Assembly (NCBI GenBank): GCA_044892525.1
Contig: CM097885.1
Location: 32,056,001-32,116,000, forward strand
Length of the DNA: 60,000 nucleotides
Source: Schmidtea polychroa
Lineage: Eukaryota
Reading direction: 5' to 3'
A program made the position numbers and the translations under genes. Positions 51,379-60,000 of the stretch are shown in pieces. The notes beneath the pieces are model-generated. The model was not told where the DNA came from. It searched no databases and saw only the letters and a program-made list of their open reading frames with translations. Each line of letters starts with the position of its first letter. Position 1 is the first letter of the stretch.

Positions 51379-52026
51379 AGAATTGAGTACCGCTTTATTT
51401 TATTAATTTAATTTATTTTCTTTGTTTTCGAGTTATTTCTTCTTACTTTCTTTATTAAAATTATGTTTTTATTTATTTTCCTTAATTTTCTTAGTATTTA
51501 CTATATTTTACGTTGTTTTCTGTCATTCTATTGTCTTATTTTAATTTTTCTCATCTTTATATTTTTGTTTTAATTCTTATTTTCTAATTATTGTTTTTCT
51601 TATGTTTTATTCTATTTTATTTGTCAATTTATTTGTTTTTATTTTTTATTTTATTTTAGTTCAGTTTCCCTAATTCCCAACTACCCTTCGACTCAGCCCA
51701 ACAAATCACTCGGGGACCCATCAAAATTGCGTCCCGCAATTGCATAGCTATCTTACTTCAGACATTCATAAAAAGGATATATCGAAATAATTATACTACA
51801 ATAACAAAAACAATTTTATTCTAAGATATAGGTCAAAACAAGACCAAGCAAGTATCACTTAAGGTGATAGTTTGTATATACAATAAAAGTTTCTACATAT
51901 GATAACACCAATATTTGAGTTAGAGTTTATGAACTGTTAACCATTTGATGCTTCTGCTGGCGGTTGTTGGTTGGTTTGGGTATTGATGTTGAGATAGGTC
52001 TGACTGTTAGAATGCGGCTGGATTGG

Positions 52027-52596
52027 TTAATTACTCGGGATTCGAGGTCGGACTGGGGTTGGGTTAGGATTTGTCAGTGGCATTTCTTGAGGATTTCTGT
52101 TCGAGGTTACTCTTATTGATGTCGAGATTCTGCATTTATTTCTAACTTCGTAAATCTTCATGATTATTAGTAGACATAGGAGGAGGGTTTCTGCGATCAC
52201 CACATATATGAGATAATGGGTGTCATTGATTTTGGGAGGTATTTTTGGCTTTTCTACAAGATTTTCAAAATTCTCTTGTTGCATTTGTTGTTCCAACTGG
52301 TCGAATTGTTGGATTTGTTCGAGGATTTGTTTGTTTATCATTTTACAAATGGGATTCTTTTTACACATTGTTTGGATGTTGTTGATGTGTGATCGGGTTG
52401 ATTGAATGGTTTGGATGATATGGATTTTTACTGTCATAGGGTATGTGCATTGGCCGGATTCTCGTTTAGGTTCTTGATTTTGATTTCGGTAATCTCGTAC
52501 GATTTTCGGTTGGGCGTTTACTTGTTTGTTCTCCGTCAGAATCATCAATACCGTCATTGTTATCATCATCTCGCCTCGCATGATACTATTATACAT
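52027..52596 (-). CDS. Small type-I membrane protein
   Basis: N-terminal hydrophobic segment, Cys plus coiled-coil ectodomain, TM YLIYVVIAETLLLCLLIIM, Pro-rich tail. Confidence 0.75.
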   Translation of the reverse strand: MYNSIMRGEMMITMTVLMILTENKQVNAQPKIVRDYRNQNQEPKRESGQCTYPMTVKIHIIQTIQSTRSHINNIQTMCKKNPICKMINKQILEQIQQFDQLEQQMQQENFENLVEKPKIPPKINDTHYLIYVVIAETLLLCLLIIMKIYEVRNKCRISTSIRVTSNRNPQEMPLTNPNPTPVRPRIPSN

Positions 52597-52640
52597 TCAT
52601 TATTATACATTCATTACAATTGGTTTTAGTGACCCTTAAT

Positions 52641-53348
52641 TTAATGATTCTGGTTTGGGTTATTTTCGGCGATTCTCATCAGGGTGGATTCCGCTTTAAT
52701 GACTCTGTGTCTTAACTCGGGCAGCATTTCCAACTGTCTGTTCTTTTCACGGGCCTCCCTTCTCATGTGCCTTATCTCCTTTTTCAGTCTCTTAATTTCT
52801 TCCCGTTTTTTGTCGAGATTCCTTTTTAGTTCGATTTGTAGGAAATCTTGTTCGTTTTCCTGCGAAAGGTTTCGTTGTTGTTGTTGTTGTTGTTTTCTCT
52901 CGATCTCTTGGTACTTGCGAATCTATTTCTTCATTTCCTCACTTTCTCGTTGTTTTTCCTCCAATTGTCGATTTAATTTATTTATAGTTATTTGGTGTTC
53001 TTTCGCCTCTGTTTTCCAATAATCTTGGATTACTTCTTCTGCCTTGAAGCTTGCCCTCTCTTGCCATAGTTCCTCTGCAATCTTTTCCCAGTTTCTTCCT
53101 CGTGTTCGTTGTTCTTGCAACCATTCATTCTTCTCTTCAGCTTCTCTCTTTATTTCTCCTAACACTTCGCACTCCTTCTTTAGTATTTTAATCATTTTTC
53201 GGTCTTCTATATATTTGTTTACTAGTCTCTCGTTTTCGTCCCTCTCTTCCCGTAACTTGGCCTTTAACGTTTGTGTTTCTGTTGTTTCTGCCTCAATCTC
53301 TCCCTCTTCCACGTCGCTCGTAATTTCTATTATTTCCTCGATTTTCAT
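52641..53348 (-). pseudogene. Coiled-coil protein with one in-frame TAG at 52923-52925
   Basis: Frame stays open 94 codons past the stop with the same coiled-coil composition. Confidence 0.7.
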
Positions 53349-53515
53349 ATCTGTAATATGTACAGTTAATGGTGCGCTATAGTGCGACTTATACTTATGC
53401 ATTTATATAAAATTTTAATAGTTCGGGTTACAGTCCCTTGAATACTTTTACAATACTTTAATTTTTTTGTTTGGGATATACGTCCCGATTTTTGTTTTTA
53501 TCTTTTTATTCACCC

Positions 53516-54571
53516 TTATACGAAGGTTTCCTCCTGTCCCACATAACCTTCGTCACTATCGACCGCTGGATGCAACTGTATCGCAATAGGGTCATAGGGT
53601 AGGTAATATTGGGGGATTTGAGCTCTCAATTCATTAACTTCGTCTCTTAGAGCTCGAGTGATATTCAGCTCTTCGTCGAGCAGATAAGTGAGATACCTTG
53701 TCTCTTCGTCTTTCGCCTCTACTTGTCTATCTAAGGCCTTGATTTTCTCGTCGCCCTTCCATTTTTCAATTTCTATTTCCAAGTTTTTGATATTTTCGGT
53801 ATACATTTTCCTCTCGTTTTCTAATTTTCTGTTTTTTCCCGCTAGGACCATGTTTCTTTGTTCTAACGATCCTTGTAATCCATTAAGGTCTCTTTTCATC
53901 TCTTCGACCTGATTTACTAATTCCACAATCCGTCCTGCTTGTTGGGTTATCATCTCTTCCATTGCGGCATTCTCGTGCTCTCTTATGTCGCATTTTATTG
54001 CCAAATGTCGCTCAAACTCCATAGCCTTTGTCTGCCAGGTTTGACTTCGGGCGGCGACCTTTCTCAACCGTTTCAATTCTTCCTTTATTATTAAATTCTC
54101 CTCCCATTTGCCTTGTTCGCTTTCATATCCGAGTCTCATGGGCAATTCTTTCATCTCTTTTTTCATTTCACTGTTTTGTCTTTTCCATTTTCTCGCTTCT
54201 GCCACTAAGTGCATCATTTTCCTTCCTTCTATTTGTTTTTCCGCTTCGCGCTTGGTGTTCTCATCGGTAAGTCTCTTTCTCGCTTCCTGCACCAGCTGCT
54301 TTAAGTAGTGGCTGTGCGCTTCTTGGCGGGTATTTTCTAGTGACCCCCATTTTGATGCTCTTTTGCATGCTTCTGCTTCCGCTCTTAAGTTGTGTATTAA
54401 CCATTGGTATTGACTATTCTCATCCTCTCTAGCTTCTTCGATGTGGTTTCGGGTGAGATTAGTTAGTTGAAACATTACTTTGTTCCATTTTTTGTTATGT
54501 TCTCGGGGAATTTGTGTCTTGTTGACATTGGTTGGGGCTATCGCTGTTTCGGTTAGTTTCTCTTGTGTCAT
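53516..54571 (-). CDS. Long coiled-coil (SMC/myosin-like) protein, 351 aa
   Basis: Intact E/K/R-rich heptad ORF. Confidence 0.8.
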   Translation of the reverse strand: MTQEKLTETAIAPTNVNKTQIPREHNKKWNKVMFQLTNLTRNHIEEAREDENSQYQWLIHNLRAEAEACKRASKWGSLENTRQEAHSHYLKQLVQEARKRLTDENTKREAEKQIEGRKMMHLVAEARKWKRQNSEMKKEMKELPMRLGYESEQGKWEENLIIKEELKRLRKVAARSQTWQTKAMEFERHLAIKCDIREHENAAMEEMITQQAGRIVELVNQVEEMKRDLNGLQGSLEQRNMVLAGKNRKLENERKMYTENIKNLEIEIEKWKGDEKIKALDRQVEAKDEETRYLTYLLDEELNITRALRDEVNELRAQIPQYYLPYDPIAIQLHPAVDSDEGYVGQEETFV

Positions 54572-54764
54572 CTCTAAATCATAGACATCGATTAATCTTT
54601 TTATTATGAAAAAGGAATTTATTCATTATCTACTGTTTCTTTGGGAATTTTCGCATCATTTTTGGGTTTTCGTATTTAGGGTTTTCATACTATTATTATA
54701 TAATATTTTATTGGTTATATACACCGATATATACAGATTATTATATACAACGTTATTCGATTGG

Positions 54765-56153
54765 TTACTCCGTTCTACCCTTCTCCTCTTTCCTCACGGT
54801 CATCTTGATATACACCGTGTCATTTCTTGCCATATCTTCTACTTTTTGTTGTAGGATGAACGTAGGTGCTCCTGTTGCTGATCCTTCTTCTTCCGTAGGT
54901 CTCTGGTAACACATTTGGTTTCCAGTTGTCTTGAAGCTTTGTTCGTGGATGTTTCGGTCATTCATTAGTGCAATATCGATTTTTGCCTGGAACGGCCACT
55001 CTATTATTTCGTCGTATTCCCCTTTACATAGCAGAAAGAAAATCGAAAAGTGCGTATCTAATCCGGTTCCGTCCCCGTTGGGATATATCTTCATTTTCAT
55101 TTTGTACAAATTTTTCCCAGAATGGAATGCAGGACTTGTTATTCTTGTCTCTTCTCCGGTTTTTGCTTTTCGTATTCTTTCTTTTACTCCCGTTATTTTC
55201 CATATGTAGGGTGCTGTTGGTATTACTTCATTTAGATTTATTTCCCGTATTTTCTGATGTAGCTCCTTGGCCTGATTATTACTGATTTCTATTCGGTTTA
55301 TTTGCATCTTTATGTTTGCTCGGGCTTCTTCGAACGCTTCCCTTTCTTCTAGTAGTTCTTTGACTAACACTTTCAACGATGTTATCTCTATCTCCATTTG
55401 TTTTATTTTCTCTTCGCTTTCTTGTAACGCAGTCGACCACATTTCTGCGTGGGTTGAAGCATTTTCTACTAAATGATGTGGTAACTCCCCTCGGTGTAGT
55501 AGTTTCTGACAACCCCATTTACCTAGTACACATGTCATTCTTTTCCTTTCACATTCCCTTAGATGCTGTGCCACTTTCAATATTTCCCCTTGGTTACATC
55601 CGTTTGGGCATTCCCCACTGAATTCTGCACATACTTTCTCCTCTTGGACATTGTGATGTTTGAGGGTGAGATTTTTCCACGTGTCTATTTCTCCACAATG
55701 TTCACATCTTTCCAATCTCTCTTCACACTGCCTTTGATGCTCTTTTTCTTCGCTTGCTCGAATGGTTTTATGGCACCTTTCACACTGGCCAATTCTGTAC
55801 ATACATTCTCCCATATGTTGTACTACCTTCCAGATTACTCCTTTCCATTCGCATGGGGCATTTTTGCATCCCAGGTTGGTGTTTAACATATCTTTGACTG
55901 CGGCTTTATCCTCGTTAGTGTCTTCTAAACTCGATATTAGTGTCTCTTTACACACCGGGCACCGCTGTGGTCTATTCTTTATTGCTTCACTGATACATTC
56001 CTTACATACTCTGCATCCACATTGAGTTTGGTGAGGTTCCTTTAACAACTTTTCACATATTCCGCACATAACATGTTTGTGTATTCTGATCGTTGTAGAT
56101 TTTCGTATTTGCTCGACAATCTTTCTGAACTCCTCTCTTTGTCGTTTATCCAT
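54765..56153 (-). CDS. Intronless TRAF-family protein (RING, TRAF zinc fingers, coiled coil, MATH)
   Basis: CGIC...QTQCGCRVCKEC...CPVC; YIWKI...SPAFHSG...IYPNGDGTG..THFSIFF...GEYD..IEWPF. Confidence 0.93.
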   Translation of the reverse strand: MDKRQREEFRKIVEQIRKSTTIRIHKHVMCGICEKLLKEPHQTQCGCRVCKECISEAIKNRPQRCPVCKETLISSLEDTNEDKAAVKDMLNTNLGCKNAPCEWKGVIWKVVQHMGECMYRIGQCERCHKTIRASEEKEHQRQCEERLERCEHCGEIDTWKNLTLKHHNVQEEKVCAEFSGECPNGCNQGEILKVAQHLRECERKRMTCVLGKWGCQKLLHRGELPHHLVENASTHAEMWSTALQESEEKIKQMEIEITSLKVLVKELLEEREAFEEARANIKMQINRIEISNNQAKELHQKIREINLNEVIPTAPYIWKITGVKERIRKAKTGEETRITSPAFHSGKNLYKMKMKIYPNGDGTGLDTHFSIFFLLCKGEYDEIIEWPFQAKIDIALMNDRNIHEQSFKTTGNQMCYQRPTEEEGSATGAPTFILQQKVEDMARNDTVYIKMTVRKEEKGRTE

Positions 56154-56238
56154 TCTATAATTATATGTACATATAGTCCTTATCGATACAGGTTCGATAT
56201 TTTATTTACAATTATTTACATTTTAAGCTAGGTTTGGT

Positions 56239-56598
56239 TTAGGGTTCGGAGGAGTCGGCTTCGTGTCCGCTCTCCTCTCTATTCATTAGCCAGTCCGACC
56301 AGTCTTCTATTTCTGTCTGTTCTGCTTCCTCCATCATTCTGTTTAGTTCAATTTCCTGTCTACGGCTATATTGGGTTATCCTCTCTATCTCTCTTTGCAT
56401 TTGGTCGATTTTCATCCTCTGGTCTTCAATTATCTTCAAATAACTAAATCCTCTATTCATACTCTCGATTAGGTTTCTGTGCATCGTCAATCCTTGTTCT
56501 TGCAAATTGGACACTAATTGTGCTAATACGGCACATTGTTGCTTCCATAATTCTTCAGTTACTGTATTGTGGTTCATTTCGTTATTTCCTTGATCCAT
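56239..56598 (-). CDS. Small coiled-coil protein, 119 aa
   Basis: ATG at 56598; helical; acidic tail ESGHEADS. Confidence 0.65.
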   Translation of the reverse strand: MDQGNNEMNHNTVTEELWKQQCAVLAQLVSNLQEQGLTMHRNLIESMNRGFSYLKIIEDQRMKIDQMQREIERITQYSRRQEIELNRMMEEAEQTEIEDWSDWLMNREESGHEADSSEP

Positions 56599-56758
56599 TC
56601 TTAATTTATATACACTTTTCAACTCTTATTTAAAGTTAATTTTATTTTATGATTCCCGTTATTGTATAATATTGATACCGCGCTTATATAAAGATATGGT
56701 ACTGTTATATACATAAGATATACTTACTTTTTACAATTATATACAGTCATATTCCTTT

Positions 56759-59700
56759 CTATATACGTGAGTTTGGAGGGCGCTGAGCGTTCCAGGCCTC
56801 CACCCACTGTTCTTGTTTGATATCACTTGGTCGTTTCACTCGATGTTGGAAATTTCTGATTCGGGTCATCTCTAGTTCTCCGCGATGTCGTTTATCTTTA
56901 ATTATTTTTATTGTTCCCCCCGTTATGATTAGGAAGGCTCCTGTTATTATTATCCCACTAATCCACATCATCTGCCTCACGCTTATATTTTCTGGTTTCT
57001 CCTTGTTTGTTAATGTTACTATTGCTTCTGTACTTTTCTCGTTCCCTCTTTTGCCATTTCCTTTCATCATCTCTCGTATTCTTGCTATTTCCTCGTTCAT
57101 ACCCTCCTTTGCCATCTTTTGTATTTTTTCCATCTCTTCCTCCGAAACATAGTTGTCCTGAGCTTCCTCACCGGTTTTCTTGTGCTTTCCGCCTTCGTCC
57201 TTTTCGTCGTTGTTTTTTCTTTTCTTTCCTCTTTTCACCGGGTATCGTCGACATTCCCTTTTTGATTCGTTCCTCCAGATACAAACCGTGTATTCTTTCG
57301 GCGGCTGTTGCTGCGTCACGTATTGATGGCATTTCTCACCTGGTCCTAATCTTGAAATACAGACTTTGTGCTCTTTTCTAGGTTGGAGTTGCGTTATTAC
57401 TACTTCACCACCTTTTCCTAGGTGTACCTCTTTTCCTTTAACGTTCGTTATTCTCTTCCCGTCTCGATTTCGGTATGCTTCTTGTATTCTTACTTCTGTT
57501 ATTGGTTCTGTGTCCTCATTTATCAGTACTAGTTTCTGATACGCTCTAGACATGCATCTTCCTAGTATGCACCTTTCCTTTAAGTCCCATTCCTCCTTTA
57601 AATCCCACTGCTGCTCTTGTGCTTGCTTTTTCTTTTCTTGTTTTAGCTCATCCTCTTTGCTGTCTTGATTCTCCGCTTCTTTGGTTTCTTTTATCGTTCT
57701 CGTCCCTCCATGAGCTGTTACTAACTCTATCATGGTGAGCATGATTATCATTAATATCATATTTGTCTCTATTTCTTTGTTAGTGAAAGGTAGGCATACC
57801 CTCTGTTTTCCATTATTCGGTTTTTCCTCCTCTTTGGTCTTGGTTCCCGGGCTGTTTCCCTCTCTTTTCGTATCCAAATCCTTGTTTTCCGGTTTATCCT
57901 CTTCCGGTTCTCTTTTCCCTTTATCCTCTTTTCGGCCTTTTCCGTCATTGTCATCGTGTTTATCTCCCCCGCTGTCGTTTAAAATGTCGTCCTCGACATT
58001 TATATCGTTCAATAATCTGCGATATGCTGTTAGCACCCTGTTTCTTGCTAATTTTGCTTCGAATTCAAACTCTTTTCTACCCGTTGCAGCATGTCTCTTT
58101 CTATTCCATTCTTTGACTAACTCTCTCAATTGAATACGACGATGTTTTCCCACTCGTTGTAGCTCGTTCTGATTTTGCGTGAATTTGAGGTCTTCTCTGT
58201 TTAATACTATTAAAATAATTTTTGGTGTCCCCCTTTTAGTTAATGTATTCTTTACCATTGCGTTTTCTCCGTTTTCGTAGAATTCGTTTATGTTTATCGC
58301 ATATTTATTATTTTGTGGTACCCTCCATGTTAATAATAATTTCATTGCTTCTAGATTTTTCCGTACCGTATTCCATTGAAATTGAGATGTGTTTTTGCAC
58401 ATATTTTCAACTTCTTCTTTTGTCGCATTTTTGCAAATAAATCTGATCATTTCCAAGTTTGGCTGTATGGTTGCCCAGTCCAATGTGGAGTTCCCTTCGT
58501 TTGATTTTTCGTCTAGTCTCGATCCTGATTGATGTAGGATGTGGAGTGTTTTTGGGTGTATTTTTGTTATAGCTGCATACATCATGGCGGTTTCGCCTTG
58601 TTCATTTTTCGTGTTGGTTTCCTCGCCCATATCCCCAAGGATTCTTATGATCGTTATTGCTCTATTCTCTTTTGCAGCCAGTATTGCTTGTTGTAATGGT
58701 GTTCTTGAATCTTTCGTCACCATCGTAAATGCTCGAGGCAAGAAGGTTTTGATTTTCCCGATATCTAAACCCGTGGTTTGATCTCTTGCGTATGTGTGTA
58801 CGGCTTTTATTATTTTTGACAATATTATTTCGTCTGACAGCTCTAGCATTTCCTCGAAGAATACTTCTTTTGCTTTGCGTATTATTGTCTCTTGATCTAT
58901 ACTCATTGATTTGGTTTCGATGACGTTGTTTGTGACCGTTTGGTTCGTTGTCGACTTTGGTTCCCTTGATTTCCCATACATTATATTCGTTTTCTTTCCG
59001 TTTGGATTATTGATTCGTTCCTCTGCTGTAAGTATTTGGATAATATCCAGGTAATTTTCGCGGATGTTATTCATTGTGTCCATCATATATAACACACTTA
59101 CCGTTTCCCAATATTTATTTCGTACTTGGTTAATAAATTGGAATAGTGATTTTTCGAATGTGTCGATTCGCTTTTTTGCTAACTGTTCATCTTTATGATT
59201 TGTGAATTTTATCCCTCGTTCTAGTAATTGATTCGGGATTTCGAATAGATGATGTCCTTTCATAGCTTCTCTCATCAGCGTGTTCTCTCCTCTCGTGAAC
59301 GCTTCGTTTACGTTGATCATATAATCATTTTTAATTGGATTTCTCCATGTAATTAGTATTCCGGTAATTGTTGTCAGTTTTTCTTTGATCGCTGTTAACA
59401 ATCCATCATACATGTTTCCGACTTCTCGATTGTCCTCATATGATAGTAGTTCCATCAATGACGTGAACGCCTCGGTACTTTTCCCTTCGATAGCATGATG
59501 TAGTGCATTTTTCCGCTCGTGGTCTTGTGTAGTTATTTTTGATCCAGTATCAAGTAATGCGGTTATAATGTCTTTGGTTTTGCCTCTGTTTGCTGCTATC
59601 ATTAATGGTGTGTAACCTTGGTTGTTTTCTTGTTCTGTTGATCGCTTGCAGTCGTGAAATGCTTCTATTGTTTCCAGTATTTGCTCGTTGTTACCTACTT

Positions 59701-59970
59701 TCATGAGTTTGTGTAATGGTGTGTCTCCGTAATGATCTGTTATTGTAAATAATATTGGCCATTGGCTTTTGACTACTCGCAATAATGGGTGTGTCCTTTC
59801 TCTTTTCTCTCGATCATCGTCAATAATCCTCCTAATATTTCGAAATCTAATCGATCTTTTGCCCATCCAGGTATTTTAATTTTTACCTCTTTTACAATCT
59901 TTTCCGCTTCTGATGGTTGGATACCCAATCGTCCAGTGATCGGTTCTGCGAGTTGTTGCATCATGTTCAT
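56759..59970 (-). CDS. Ankyrin-repeat protein (two tandem modules) fused to a membrane-protein part; frameshift near 59790
   Basis: GDTPLH, GYTPLMIAA, KNALHHAI, GETAMMYAA, GNSTLDWA; hydrophobic MILMIIMLTMIELVTA; FN3-like ITQLQPRKEHKVCI; TM WISGIIITGAFLIITGG. Confidence 0.85.
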
Positions 59971-60000
59971 TCTGTAGGTTTGCGAACGTGTGGTTAATGT

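Larger units (their letters stand above)
47525..51703 (-). repeat. Putative 4179-bp LTR
   Basis: Ends TGTTG(C)GGG and CCCAACA; internal TATA/CCAAT-like and AATAAA signals on the minus strand; second copy not visible. Confidence 0.6.
47525..60000 (-). mobile_element. 3' part of a probable giant Burro-like LTR retroelement with accessory genes
   Basis: Composition shift at 47525; dense intronless purine-rich minus-strand ORFs with RING/MATH, ankyrin, coiled-coil and TM domains, as I recall for Schmidtea Burro elements. gag/pol not in window. Confidence 0.72.

Noticed and set aside
52923..52925. Programmed stop read-through
   Set aside because: A point mutation in this copy is simpler; no supporting signal seen.
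52220..58781. Many plus-strand ORFs
   Set aside because: Antisense shadows of purine-rich minus-strand genes.
47525..60000. Endogenous DNA virus or second Polinton
   Set aside because: No capsid, polymerase or ATPase genes in view; TG...CA ends and domain content favour an LTR element, though this is not proven.

Overview
Very AT-rich eukaryotic DNA with (AAT)n tracts and short GT-AG introns; a planarian-type flatworm is my inference. (1) 1-15995 is the right part of a Polinton/Maverick (adintovirus-like) element inserted into a Gypsy RT remnant. It encodes packaging ATPase, pX-like core protein, integrase, minor and major capsid, pVI-like protein, adenain protease and protein-primed PolB. 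Unusually, it also carries a minimal TBP-like gene, several spliceosomal introns (one is almost pure (ATT)n inside the integrase catalytic motif), a multi-exon SIM-rich gene, palindrome arrays flanking PolB, and an AP-1/nuclear-receptor-site array near its end. (2) 16-47 kb holds decayed Gypsy, Merlin and hAT elements and MITEs with clear TSDs, plus host exons (synaptotagmin-14/16-like last exon, a C2-domain gene, a small secreted peptide precursor). (3) 47525-60000 is a probable 4.18-kb LTR (TGTTG...CAACA) containing its own ORF, followed by intronless minus-strand accessory genes (TRAF, ankyrin-membrane fusion, coiled coils, membrane protein). This resembles planarian giant Burro-type retroelements, but gag/pol are not in the window. 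All calls are by eye; no database searches were run.
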